From positions 30,001 to 62,000 of the forward strand of contig NC_010085.1 of NCBI RefSeq assembly GCF_000018465.1: a stretch of 32,000 bases of DNA, in the 5' to 3' direction. Below are positions 18,580 through 28,639 of the stretch, piece after piece. The notes beneath the pieces were generated by a model that saw only the letters and a list, made by a program, of their open reading frames with translations, was not told the origin of the DNA and did not search any database. Source of the stretch: Nitrosopumilus maritimus SCM1. GTDB taxonomy: Archaea > Thermoproteota > Nitrososphaeria > Nitrososphaerales > Nitrosopumilaceae. Within the stretch, counting starts at the first letter, position 1. Each line of letters begins with the position of its first letter. The translations under genes were made by a program, and so were the position numbers.

Positions 18580-19230
18580 ATGCCAAACTTCGACAAGACT
18601 TGGGCTCGACAAGAGACCCAAAGCGTAACTGGCAAACTCCGAGAAGCAGTAAAGCCTCAAGGTGCATTAAAACCACGAATCCAAACTGCAGTAAACAAAC
18701 TACAAGTCCAAATTTCAAAGATGGACTCTATGTTAGGAAAACTGCACGAAAGAGATGCGCAACTCTTTCAGAGAGTCGTGACTGCAATGCAGCAACATGA
18801 TACTAGCACAAGTAGAGTTTTGTCTAACGAATTAGCTGAAATTCGTAAGGTTACAAAGATGCTCGGCAACGCAAGAATGTCATTAGAACAAGTCCAACTA
18901 AGACTCACAACTATTCATGATCTTGGTGACGCTATGGTGGCAATCGGACCAGCAATGTCTACAATGAAGGGATTGAAGTCATCGCTAGGAAGATTCATGC
19001 CAGAAGCAGACTCAGAATTGAATACCATGACCCAGACACTCAATGGACTTATGATGGATTCACTTGCAGGAGACTCATTTAACATGGAGTCAGACGTTTC
19101 TAGTGAAGAAACAGAGAAGATCCTACAAGAAGCATCTGCAGTAGCTGAACAACAGATTGGTGATAAGTTCCCATCTGTACCTTCCTCAACTGGACTTTCG
19201 TCAGGAACCTCTACTTCTACCTTCGAGTAG
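18580..19230 (+). CDS. ESCRT-III-like cell division protein, CdvB/Snf7 family paralog
   Basis: 216 aa, mostly helical; PRIQTAVNKLQVQISKMDSMLGKLHERDAQLFQRVVTAMQQHDTSTSRVLSNELAEIRKVTKML pattern of archaeal CdvB, with a Ser/Thr-rich C-terminal tail. Confidence 0.82.
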   Translation: MPNFDKTWARQETQSVTGKLREAVKPQGALKPRIQTAVNKLQVQISKMDSMLGKLHERDAQLFQRVVTAMQQHDTSTSRVLSNELAEIRKVTKMLGNARMSLEQVQLRLTTIHDLGDAMVAIGPAMSTMKGLKSSLGRFMPEADSELNTMTQTLNGLMMDSLAGDSFNMESDVSSEETEKILQEASAVAEQQIGDKFPSVPSSTGLSSGTSTSTFE

Positions 19231-19237
19231 TTGGGAA

Positions 19238-19269
19238 AAGACGTCAGTCGTTTCTTTTTATTTTAATTT
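19238..19269 (+). terminator. Possible terminator after the cdvB-like gene
   Basis: Short stem AAGACG-tcagt-CGTTT followed by a T-rich tract (CTTTTTATTTTAATTT). Confidence 0.35.
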
Positions 19270-19277
19270 CTAAAAAA

Positions 19278-20438
19278 CTAGTTTAGCAATTTTTCTTTGA
19301 AGGTAAATTTCTTGTTTAATACAAAGTTTCCAAAAGCTGCTGTAGCCACTGCTAAAATTAATGCTAATGGATATGAAATCTCAGCACTATCCACTAGGAA
19401 ATACACCATTCCTAATTGTACTAATGCACCTAGCGAACTAAACAATGCAAACTTGCCATATTGTGACATTGTCTTTTTAATTCTGAAATCTCTATCTCCA
19501 AATGTCCATGCTTTGTTTAGAATAAAATTAGTTGAAATTGATGCAATAATTCCAATAACATTTGCATGCAAGTACCACATATCTGAAATTCCACCTGCAA
19601 ATAATAATGAAATCAAATAGTTTACTACAAATCCAGAAGCTCCAACTGTATAGAATCTTGCTGCTTTGTAAAGAAATTTCACAGACTTTCTCTTCTCTTT
19701 CTCTTCTTCTGGCTTTCCATATCTGTAAAGCTTCCAAACCGATTTGTAATAGTCAAAGACTGTTTTCATACTTAGTTTACTAGAACCTAATTCTCTATCT
19801 TGAAATGTGTATGGAATTTCTGTAATTGAAACATTTTTTGTTTTAACAAGAATTTCCAAAAGGATTTTGTAACCAATTGCGTCAATATTTAGTCCATTAA
19901 GAATATTTTTTTTGAATGCAAAAAACCCAGACATTGGATCTTTTGTATTAATTCCCAATCCTTTTTTTGCAATAAGTGTTGCAAATTTACTAATTAGTTT
20001 TCTTTTTGCAGACCAATTTTCAATTTTACCACCTTTAATGTAACGTGATGCAACTGCAATGTCGTATTGGTATTTTTTTATTGATTCAACTAATTTTGGA
20101 ATAATTTGTGGTGGATGAGAAAAATCAGAATCCATGACAACAATTGTATCGCCTGTTGCTTGCTGAATTCCTTTAAGAATTGCAGAACCTAAACCATCTT
20201 TTGTTTTTCTATGAATGACTTCAATTGTATAATTTGTAATTTTCTTCAAATTTTTTAGATAATCATCAACAATTTTCCCTGTTCCATCAGGAGAATTATC
20301 ATCAACAACAATTGCTTGAGCCGAAATATTTTTGGGTAAATTTTCTTTAATTGATTTTAAAATGTTGAGAATATTTTGAGATTCATTATATGTAGGAATT
20401 ATGATTGAGATCTGATTATTTGGCTTTTCTACCAACAT
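19278..20438 (-). CDS. Dolichol-phosphate mannosyltransferase-like GT2 fused to a GtrA-like membrane domain
   Basis: ISIIIPTYNESQNILNIL, VVDDNSPDGTG, VMDSDFSHPP (GT2 DPM1-like), then a C-terminal GtrA-like region FYTVGASGFVVNYLISLLF...NFVLNKKFTF. Confidence 0.88.
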   Translation of the reverse strand: MLVEKPNNQISIIIPTYNESQNILNILKSIKENLPKNISAQAIVVDDNSPDGTGKIVDDYLKNLKKITNYTIEVIHRKTKDGLGSAILKGIQQATGDTIVVMDSDFSHPPQIIPKLVESIKKYQYDIAVASRYIKGGKIENWSAKRKLISKFATLIAKKGLGINTKDPMSGFFAFKKNILNGLNIDAIGYKILLEILVKTKNVSITEIPYTFQDRELGSSKLSMKTVFDYYKSVWKLYRYGKPEEEKEKRKSVKFLYKAARFYTVGASGFVVNYLISLLFAGGISDMWYLHANVIGIIASISTNFILNKAWTFGDRDFRIKKTMSQYGKFALFSSLGALVQLGMVYFLVDSAEISYPLALILAVATAAFGNFVLNKKFTFKEKLLN

Positions 20439-20599
20439 ATTTCCCCAGAAATTTTCAGTAGTTATTAATTTTTAATTATTTTTTAGGCTTGGCAGTCTAT
20501 TTTTTTAACTCTCAAATTCTACCATTTCCCTAAAAACCATTAATCAAAATTTGAGTATCAGAATGAAATAGATCTCTAAACGAATCTCAGTTATTCGGA

Positions 20600-22057
20600 C
20601 TATGGAAAACTAACAGATTCTAAAAGAATAGAATCCATATCAGAAATCTTTACCCTAGATTGTTCCATAGAGTCTCTTTTTCTAATTGTAACAGTATCGT
20701 CTTCTAACGTCTGATGATCAACCGTAACTGCAAAAGGAGCTCCAATCTCGTCTAACCTTCTATATCTTCTGCCAATTGCACCTGAATGATCTAAGAAAGC
20801 ATCAAACTTTCGTTTAATGGAAAGATAAATCTCATCTGTTTTCTCTTTTAATCCATCTTTTTTTACTAGTGATAAAATTCCAACATGAGTTGGTGCTAAG
20901 TATGGTTTTAGTGATAAAACTATTCTTTCATGTTCTTTGTCATCCTTGAGTGAGTGTTCCAAAATTGTGTATAAACTCCTATCAATTCCCATTGAAATCT
21001 CAAATACGTGTGGTAATACCTTATCATCTCCATCCATAATCTCAAACTTTTCCTTACTCTTGTTTGCATGACTTGACAAGTCATAGTCTGATCTATAGTT
21101 GCATGCAACTAGTTCTAACCAACCAATTGTGGTTTCTACCTCAAAATCAAATGCAACTTCTGCATAGAATGCCTTTTCCTTTTCTCCCAATTTCCTAAAT
21201 CTACTTTTTGAAATATCTATACCTGTTTTTTCATAAAATTCAGTTAATATTCCTAGATAATATGCTACAAACTTGTTTGGAACAGTTCCAGACTCTATTG
21301 CTTCTTTACAAGTCATTTCAACTGGTTCAGAATCTGTTTGAACTCTGATTACTGTGTCTTGAACTTCTGTAAACTTTTCAACTTCATCCAGTTTTGATGG
21401 ATTACAAAAAACTTCAATCTCTGCTTGATAAAATTCTCTTAGACGCAATAGACTTTGTCTGGGAGCAATTTCATTTCTAAAACTCTTTCCTACCTGTGCA
21501 ATTCCTAAAGGAAGCTTTCCTCTCATAGTTTTGTATAATCTAGGAAAATCTACAAAGATTGATTGACAAGTTTCTGGTCTAAGGTATGCTTCCTCTTCTT
21601 CAGGACCAATTCCCACTCTAAACATCATATTGAAATTCTTTGTTTTATCAAAATCCCCCTTACACTTTGGACATTTTATATTATTTTGACTAATTGCATT
21701 ATCAAACTCTTCCAAATCTGCGCTTTCAGGAATTTCAATTTGAGTTAACTCTGCAATTGTTCTATCTGCTCTAAATGTTGAATTACATTTTGTACATTTT
21801 ATTATCGGATCAGCAAAATTTCCCAAATGTCCTGAAGCTTCAAATACTGATTTTGACATTATCTGTGAACCATCGATCTCAAGCATTCCATCTCTTCTGA
21901 TTAGTTCTCTTCTCCACAATTCTAGAAATTTATTTTTTAATCCTACTCCCGTTGGACCATATTCCCAAAATCCAGCTTGTGCATCAGCATAAACTTCACA
22001 ACTTGGAAAGTAAAATCCTCTCTCAAGTGCTAATTTCATTACTGCTTCATAGTCCAT
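20600..22057 (-). CDS. glyS: Glycyl-tRNA synthetase
   Basis: Class II aaRS: GFYFPSCEVYADAQAGFWEYGPTGVGLKNKF, RPETCQSIFVDF, FRNEIAPRQSLLRLREFYQAEIE, VFEISMGIDRSLY. Confidence 0.94.
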   Translation of the reverse strand: MDYEAVMKLALERGFYFPSCEVYADAQAGFWEYGPTGVGLKNKFLELWRRELIRRDGMLEIDGSQIMSKSVFEASGHLGNFADPIIKCTKCNSTFRADRTIAELTQIEIPESADLEEFDNAISQNNIKCPKCKGDFDKTKNFNMMFRVGIGPEEEEAYLRPETCQSIFVDFPRLYKTMRGKLPLGIAQVGKSFRNEIAPRQSLLRLREFYQAEIEVFCNPSKLDEVEKFTEVQDTVIRVQTDSEPVEMTCKEAIESGTVPNKFVAYYLGILTEFYEKTGIDISKSRFRKLGEKEKAFYAEVAFDFEVETTIGWLELVACNYRSDYDLSSHANKSKEKFEIMDGDDKVLPHVFEISMGIDRSLYTILEHSLKDDKEHERIVLSLKPYLAPTHVGILSLVKKDGLKEKTDEIYLSIKRKFDAFLDHSGAIGRRYRRLDEIGAPFAVTVDHQTLEDDTVTIRKRDSMEQSRVKISDMDSILLESVSFP

Positions 22058-22087
22058 ATTTACTCACTAAAACCATTGAATAAATTT

Positions 22088-22927
22088 CTACGCAAATTCT
22101 TTTGCTTTTCTAATGTTCTCAAAATCATCTCTATCGTCATCAATAGGAGTCTCTAAAATTATGGGTATTTTTTTCTTGTTTGCAAACTTTACAATGGCAG
22201 AAATTCCTTTCTCGCCAATTCCTCCCATTCCTAAATGGTAGTGCCTATCAAGATTACAACCAAGATCTCCTTTAGCGTCATTTAGATGAAGAATTTTCAA
22301 ATTATCTATTCCTACATATTTATCAAATTCTGAAAAAGTTTCTTTGACTTTTGCTTCGGTTCTTAAATCATATCCAAAAACAAATGCATGACATGTATCT
22401 AAACAAACACCAAATTTTTTTGCAGGTTTTAGTTGTTTGAATATTTCTCCTAATTGTTTAAAATCTGAACCAACAGAATTTTTTTGTCCTGCTGTATTTT
22501 CTAATAAAATCATTACATCATTTTTTGTTTTACCTGCTTCAGTTAATCCTTTAACTAATTTCTTAATTCCTGCCTCTTCTCCAGTTCCTAAATGACTTCC
22601 AAGGTGTGTTACAAGATATGGAATTCCTAATTGTGCACATCTCTCAACTTCATCTACCAAAGTTTTTACTGATTTTTCAAACCCATCTTCTTTTGGAGTA
22701 GCTAAATTTGGTAAGTATGGCATATGTGCACATGTTGCAAATCTATCAATTTTACTTTCTTTTAATTTTGATTTAAAATTGGTAATGTCATCTTTTGTTA
22801 ATGTCTTTGCATGCCATCCTCTTGGATTTCTAGTAAAGATTTGAAACGCTGAACATTCTCTTTCTACTGCATTGTCCACTGATTTGTCAATAGATCCTGA
22901 AATTGACACATGACAGCCGATCTGCAT
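22088..22927 (-). CDS. nfo: Endonuclease IV (AP endonuclease)
   Basis: GCHVSISGSIDKSVDNA, HLGSHLG, LLENTAGQ, VCLDTCHAFVFGYDL, LHLNDAKGDLG, DRHYHLGMGGIG, ILETP. Confidence 0.93.
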   Translation of the reverse strand: MQIGCHVSISGSIDKSVDNAVERECSAFQIFTRNPRGWHAKTLTKDDITNFKSKLKESKIDRFATCAHMPYLPNLATPKEDGFEKSVKTLVDEVERCAQLGIPYLVTHLGSHLGTGEEAGIKKLVKGLTEAGKTKNDVMILLENTAGQKNSVGSDFKQLGEIFKQLKPAKKFGVCLDTCHAFVFGYDLRTEAKVKETFSEFDKYVGIDNLKILHLNDAKGDLGCNLDRHYHLGMGGIGEKGISAIVKFANKKKIPIILETPIDDDRDDFENIRKAKEFA

Positions 22928-23012
22928 ATTCCAAATTTTATTAAAACATAATTTAAACCAGCATCAAATATACTGAAACCAGATTTTTAAGTAAACTAGG
23001 TAATTTACTAGT

Positions 23013-24038
23013 ATGCTGGCACTTGGACAAGATGAAATTGCAAAATACCCATTCTTAGCTGATGCTGGTCAGTATCTGAAAGATAAGGGATTCACCTTAG
23101 AACAATTTGGAACAGATCCTGATCTTAAGGAACTGATAACTAAGGCATATGAGAGAATTCAAGTTGCAGCAGATGGCAAGATCTACAAATCTGATCTTAT
23201 TGGGGATCAGGTCTCAAAAGAAGCAGCACTACCTAGAGAAGTTTTCTCATTTTTACTCGCTATAGTTTTGTTAAAACTAAGTGGTATGCATACTCTAATC
23301 AAGAGATTTGCGCTAGCTGAGGCAAGACGAGCTGAAAAATATCTAGAAAAGGACCTAGCAGATATTTCAGATGAATCAAAAAAACAATTAGCAATTAGGG
23401 TAATTGATGATTTATTTTCAGTTCAAATAGAAAAACTGGATGATTATTTTGTAATTCCCGTATCTGATTATCTAAAACATTCTATTAATTTTCATGAAAG
23501 GGAATGGAAATTAATTAATAGACATGTTGAAAATGGACAAGTCTTTCTTACTCCTCATGAAACTGTGAGATTGATTAGAAAAGAACTTGGTACATACATC
23601 AATTCAAAAATAGTAAATGCAAAAACACCAACAATGATTCCTGGCTTTGAAGATTCTGTAAACAAACTTGTAATGTTATCAAAAAAATTCTCAACTTTTA
23701 CAGTAACAACTGGAGAATATCCTCCATGCATCAAACATGCAATTGACATACTTGAAAAAGGTGAAAATCTTCCACACTCTGGTAGATTTATGTTAGCAAC
23801 TTTTCTTCTTTCAAAAGGACAATCTGTTCAACAAATTGCACCATTATTCAAGAATGCTCCTGATTATAATGAGCGCGTAACTCTTTACCAACTCAATCAT
23901 TTAGCTGGAACTTCTGGCAGTGGCACCCAATATTCTTGTCCTTCATGTGAAAAATTAAAAACACAAAGTCTTTGTTTTGCAACATCTGAATGTGATGGCA
24001 TAATCACTCCACTTCAATTTGGAAAAAAGAGAAAATAA
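23013..24038 (+). CDS. priL: DNA primase large subunit
   Basis: PFLADAGQYLKDKG N-terminus, FPPCIKHAI-like (EYPPCIKHAID), LPHSGRFMLATFLLSKG, Fe-S cysteines (CPSCEKLKTQSLC). Confidence 0.88.
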   Translation: MLALGQDEIAKYPFLADAGQYLKDKGFTLEQFGTDPDLKELITKAYERIQVAADGKIYKSDLIGDQVSKEAALPREVFSFLLAIVLLKLSGMHTLIKRFALAEARRAEKYLEKDLADISDESKKQLAIRVIDDLFSVQIEKLDDYFVIPVSDYLKHSINFHEREWKLINRHVENGQVFLTPHETVRLIRKELGTYINSKIVNAKTPTMIPGFEDSVNKLVMLSKKFSTFTVTTGEYPPCIKHAIDILEKGENLPHSGRFMLATFLLSKGQSVQQIAPLFKNAPDYNERVTLYQLNHLAGTSGSGTQYSCPSCEKLKTQSLCFATSECDGIITPLQFGKKRK

Positions 24039-25159
24039 TGAATGAAACTGATATAAAATTTCTAGAAAGTGCGTTCAAAAAATATTATTTTGAACAATTC
24101 GAATTGATTAGAGTACCAGAACGTACATCTGAAAGAGAATTTGGTTATCAAAAATTCAACTCAGGAATGACACGTCATATTTCAGTCAAAGATGACAAAG
24201 AACTGCATTTACTACTAATGCAAAACGTTCCATCTGATGTCTATTGTTCAAATGCATACTATTCATTTCCAAATTTACCTATGAATGAGAAAGATTGGAA
24301 GGAAGCTGATCTTATTTTTGATATTGATGCAAAGGATCTTAATCTATCGTGTAGAGGAAATCATACTTTATCAATATGCAATGAATGTCATGAAATTTCA
24401 AATAATTCTGAAAAATGTTCAAAATGTAACTCTACAAAATTAGAAAAAAAATCTTTGCCATGTAAGAATTGTATAGACTCTTCAAAAATTGAAGTTAAAA
24501 AATTATCAGAAATTCTAACAAATGATCTTTCAGTAAACAAAGATGATATTCAAGTATATTTTTCTGGGAATGAAGGATTTCATATCTATGTTTATAATTC
24601 ACAATTTCAACAAAATGGTTCTAGAGAAAGATCAGAGCTTGTAGATTACATTATGTTTAATGGTGCAATCCCTGAAAAATTTGGAATGAAAAAATTTAAG
24701 CCAAATAGAAATTCTTTTCCAGATTTTGATGAAGCTGGATGGAAAGGACGATTTTCAAAATATGTTTATGGGTCAAAATCAAAAAGATCAAAGATCGTCT
24801 CAGAATTACTTTCAAATGGTTATTCATCATTCCAAAAAACTTTGGATGATGTTTCTGAAAATATTGGTACAAAAATTGATCCAAATGTTACAATGGATAT
24901 TCATAGAATCTTTCGTTTACCAGGCTCTATCAATAGTAAAAGCGGTCTTACAAAAATTCATTGTAAAGACTTGGTAAAATTTGATGCTTATGTCGATTCA
25001 TCTTTTCTTAGTGATGATAGTGTTGAAGTCTTAGCAAATTGTCCAATTGAGTTTAAATTAAAAAATAAAAAATTTGGGCCATATCATAACGAAAAAGTAA
25101 GTGTTCCTACATTTGCTGCAGTCTATATGGTATGCAAAAAACTAGCAACAATAGCCTAA
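24038..25159 (+). CDS. priS: DNA primase catalytic small subunit
   Basis: SEREFGYQKF, ADLIFDIDAKDL catalytic acidic motif, Cys-rich zinc knuckle, DDIQVYFSGNEGFHIYV, DIHRIFRLPGSINSKSGL. Confidence 0.92.
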   Translation: MNETDIKFLESAFKKYYFEQFELIRVPERTSEREFGYQKFNSGMTRHISVKDDKELHLLLMQNVPSDVYCSNAYYSFPNLPMNEKDWKEADLIFDIDAKDLNLSCRGNHTLSICNECHEISNNSEKCSKCNSTKLEKKSLPCKNCIDSSKIEVKKLSEILTNDLSVNKDDIQVYFSGNEGFHIYVYNSQFQQNGSRERSELVDYIMFNGAIPEKFGMKKFKPNRNSFPDFDEAGWKGRFSKYVYGSKSKRSKIVSELLSNGYSSFQKTLDDVSENIGTKIDPNVTMDIHRIFRLPGSINSKSGLTKIHCKDLVKFDAYVDSSFLSDDSVEVLANCPIEFKLKNKKFGPYHNEKVSVPTFAAVYMVCKKLATIA

Positions 25160-25200
25160 TTTTGCTGGTAAGACATTAATTTACCAAATCTTAACTCAAC

Positions 25201-28062
25201 TTGATTTTGTATAGCGCCTCTACTGATAAGCAGACTCCTCCTCCTGATGCTGGAAAATACATCAGATTAGGTATTATTGCAATCATTGGTATTGTTATTT
25301 TTGCAATTGTGGGAAATCAGGCAGTTATTTTATCGATGAATTTTACAGAATTTGGCGATCAATTTACCAAGCCTCTCTATTACACACTTGTATCTACTAT
25401 TATTTTAGCTGCCATTGCATTAGTTCGTGTTAATATCGCTGGACGATCTTCTATTTTCTGGTATGCAATTAATACTGCAATTGGATTTTTAGGTCGAAGT
25501 GGACAACAACCAATAACTAATGCTGTACCTAGTTTTAGAGACTACAAATTAAGTTCAGGCCAATTTATTCTCTGGCAAATTACCAAAATTTTCCTCTTTG
25601 GTGCATTCTTTGCAAATATCATGTTTGGATTTGCTGCAATGTCGTTTATTGATGGCAATTATCTTGGAATAGAAAATCTACCAAAATTATTTTCATTACC
25701 ATTTGTAACTCCCGAAACTGATCCAAATTATGCTGCAGAAAACGTAGTTCCAATGATACCTGCATTAGTAATTTTGATACCTCCAATACTTGCTGCAATT
25801 GGATTACGTTTAGTTTTGTATGTTGGCTTGCACAGAATAATTAATGTAATCACTTCATTTCTTCAAGACTCTAATGAAGGCAAACCCAGATACCTAAATT
25901 ATGTTTCTACCATTGAAGGAATAATTGGTATTGGAATACTCTGGGCAGGATTCAATCTCTTTTTCACTGATCAAATCGATTATAACACAAGATATGTCAT
26001 CGGTGGTACACTTGTTATTGGTTCTGCATTAATTGCATTTTCAGTAGTTGATAGGATTAGAGCACGTGTTCTAACTCATATGTTTAAGAGAGATGTATAC
26101 ATTAGAATTCTTACAATAATTGCAATTGCAATAATTATTGCGGGTGTTGTTTCTGTAAATAATAGCATTGCCGATGCAAAAAAGATTGAATTTTTGGGAC
26201 CATATACTGCCCAACAAATTGGTGTGAACAGATATCTTGGTGAACTAAATAATATACAAGAAAACACACATGATGTCCAACTCACATCTGTTTCTCCAAA
26301 CAATATCAAGAATTATGTCTCTCAAAACAGCGATGTTTTAGATGTAATTCGAGTTTGGGACTGGGAAGCAGCTTTTGCCAAATTAAAACCTGAAATTGGT
26401 TTGATCCCTTATGTTGACTTTGAAGATAATGATATTTTGAGATTTAACAATACTTTGTATTGGACAGCCTCCATGAAACCAATTCTTCCAACCTCTGTTA
26501 GCCTTGAAAATAGATGGTACAATGAGCATTTTGTATATACACATGTTCCAGAAGGATTCCTTACTTTAGAAGCAACAGACGGACAAATTGTTGATAGTGA
26601 GCAGTTTTTCAAACAAAGAGAAATTTACTATGGTGAAGGCGGTTTATTTGAACAAACCTGGTCAGGTTATCCTAATTCTAGGGGATCTGAAAGCGCAGAA
26701 CTTGGTGGCGTTTCATATTCTGGATTAGGAGGATTAGATGTTTCACCTCCATTGAGTTGGATATTTGAGCCAAACTTTTTGCTTTCATTTCCAGGAGAAT
26801 CTGTTCATATCATGAGATACAAAGATGTTCATGATAGAATGCAAACACTGTATCCTTATTTCCTCTATGACTTGTTTGGTAAAGAACTAGATTCACTTCC
26901 TGTTACTGATGGTGAAAACTCCTATTGGTTAATTCCATTAATCATTGGATTTGATACACGAGATGTTCCATGGTCTGTTGGAAATCCATATTTGCGTTTA
27001 GTTGGATATGCTCTTGTTGATTCATACGATGGTGACATTCAATTACTAAAGACAGGAGATGATTTCTTTACAGAAATGTTTGCAAGTCAATATGAAGAAC
27101 AATTCCAACCAATGCCTGCTTGGTTAGAGGAACAGATCAGATATCCTGTTGAGTTATTCAACTGGAAGACTGAGATGTACAATGTTTACCATGTCACAAA
27201 TGTTGAAACATTCATCCAAGCAAATGAATTTTATGAGATTCCTCGTGGTCTTGATACCTATTATGTTGAGGCAAAACCACCAGGATTTGATCAAACTGAA
27301 TTCTTAGGCTTATTATCATTAGAATTACGTGGATCTGAAGGAAGAAACCTTGCTGGATATATGGTAGTTGAAAACGATCTTACTAATCTAGGAGACTTGC
27401 AGTTCTATGAAGTTCCATTAGATTCTGAAACAAAACTAATTGGTCCAACCGCAGTTAGAGAAGCACTCGATAGAGATCCTGAATTTGCTCAATTAAAGAC
27501 ATTATTGAGAAATCCAAGAATTGGTGATAATATTCTCTACAGGGTAGGTGCTCATGATGTTTACTTTATTCCTGTTTATACTGCTGGTGCTGGTGGTGTA
27601 GTTGCACAATTAGGAACAATTGCAGCTGTAGGTGCTGCATTTAATGGAGAATACTTTGTTGGATTGGGAGATACTCAAGAACAAGCATTTGAAGCTTATC
27701 TGAAGAAAGTTTCAGGCGTAGCAGGTTCTATTACAGTAGCTGATGAGAATTATGTTGAGCTAGACAGAAATGATAGAATCGAAATCATCAAGAAAGTATT
27801 CGAAGAAAATGAAATTACTATATCTGAACCTACATCAATACAAATTCCATTATCATTCAATGAAGGAGAATTGTTCTTCTTTACTGAAAATGAACGTGAA
27901 GAAACTGTAGAATTCTTGTCCCAGTTTATTGATGACTTTGTAAAACCACGAAGTGATAGAGTATTCATGTGGCAAGAAGAAAATAATCTCAATATCGGAA
28001 CAATATATGTCAAGGATGGTATATCTGAGATTCATTATGTTTCAATTGAGGTAGGCAGCTAA
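25201..28062 (+). CDS. UPF0182 family large membrane protein (953 aa)
   Basis: Seven or so N-terminal TM segments followed by a large soluble domain; NVIRVWDWEA-like (IRVWDWEAAFAKL), VPEGFLTLEA, YFGEGG-like (IYYGEGG) and NEFYEIPRGLDTYYVEAK motifs of UPF0182. TTG start as given in the track. Confidence 0.83.
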   Translation: MILYSASTDKQTPPPDAGKYIRLGIIAIIGIVIFAIVGNQAVILSMNFTEFGDQFTKPLYYTLVSTIILAAIALVRVNIAGRSSIFWYAINTAIGFLGRSGQQPITNAVPSFRDYKLSSGQFILWQITKIFLFGAFFANIMFGFAAMSFIDGNYLGIENLPKLFSLPFVTPETDPNYAAENVVPMIPALVILIPPILAAIGLRLVLYVGLHRIINVITSFLQDSNEGKPRYLNYVSTIEGIIGIGILWAGFNLFFTDQIDYNTRYVIGGTLVIGSALIAFSVVDRIRARVLTHMFKRDVYIRILTIIAIAIIIAGVVSVNNSIADAKKIEFLGPYTAQQIGVNRYLGELNNIQENTHDVQLTSVSPNNIKNYVSQNSDVLDVIRVWDWEAAFAKLKPEIGLIPYVDFEDNDILRFNNTLYWTASMKPILPTSVSLENRWYNEHFVYTHVPEGFLTLEATDGQIVDSEQFFKQREIYYGEGGLFEQTWSGYPNSRGSESAELGGVSYSGLGGLDVSPPLSWIFEPNFLLSFPGESVHIMRYKDVHDRMQTLYPYFLYDLFGKELDSLPVTDGENSYWLIPLIIGFDTRDVPWSVGNPYLRLVGYALVDSYDGDIQLLKTGDDFFTEMFASQYEEQFQPMPAWLEEQIRYPVELFNWKTEMYNVYHVTNVETFIQANEFYEIPRGLDTYYVEAKPPGFDQTEFLGLLSLELRGSEGRNLAGYMVVENDLTNLGDLQFYEVPLDSETKLIGPTAVREALDRDPEFAQLKTLLRNPRIGDNILYRVGAHDVYFIPVYTAGAGGVVAQLGTIAAVGAAFNGEYFVGLGDTQEQAFEAYLKKVSGVAGSITVADENYVELDRNDRIEIIKKVFEENEITISEPTSIQIPLSFNEGELFFFTENEREETVEFLSQFIDDFVKPRSDRVFMWQEENNLNIGTIYVKDGISEIHYVSIEVGS

Positions 28063-28605
28063 TTGCTTCTAATTGTAGATAATGGTTCTATTTACACAAA
28101 AAATCTAACTGATTTTCTTACTAGAAAAAATATTCCATTTGAAACTAAGACACCATTTACTATAGATATCAATTCATTATCTAATTATGATTCTTTTATT
28201 TTATCTGGAAGAAGAAAAAACGAAAAAAAGATTAATGAAATAAATTCCAAAATTGTAAATTATTCTATGCAAAATAATTCTAAACTACTCGGTATATGTT
28301 ATGGTGCAGAAATCTTAGCTCTTACTTTAGGAGGAACCATCAAAAAAAGCTCATCTTTTCAGAAAGGAAATGAAACTGTAAAGATATTTGAGAATGATCT
28401 AACAAATAATGATTCTTTATTGGTTTTTGAGAGTCATAATTTTGAGATATCAAAGTTGCCTAAAGAACTAGTTTCTATTGGAGAATCTTCTAATTGTAAA
28501 TATGAAATTATCAAACATGTAAACAAGCCTATTTTTGGAACTCAATTTCATCCTGAAATGAGTCTAGATGGAAATAATCTGATTGAACAGTTCTGTCTAC
28601 TCTGA
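28063..28605 (+). CDS. Class I glutamine amidotransferase-like protein (GuaA-N-like)
   Basis: LLIVDNGSIYTKNL, catalytic-Cys motif LLGICYGAEILALTLGG, and GTQFHPE. Confidence 0.8.
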   Translation: MLLIVDNGSIYTKNLTDFLTRKNIPFETKTPFTIDINSLSNYDSFILSGRRKNEKKINEINSKIVNYSMQNNSKLLGICYGAEILALTLGGTIKKSSSFQKGNETVKIFENDLTNNDSLLVFESHNFEISKLPKELVSIGESSNCKYEIIKHVNKPIFGTQFHPEMSLDGNNLIEQFCLL

Positions 28606-28639
28606 ATGATTTTAATTACTCTGAAAATTTGATTAATTT

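Noticed and set aside
19528-19783. Three overlapping short ORFs (19297..19620, 19528..19737, 19562..19783) suggesting a complex locus
   Set aside because: All lie inside the clear DPM1-GtrA gene and overlap one another or run out of frame with it; no protein signature.
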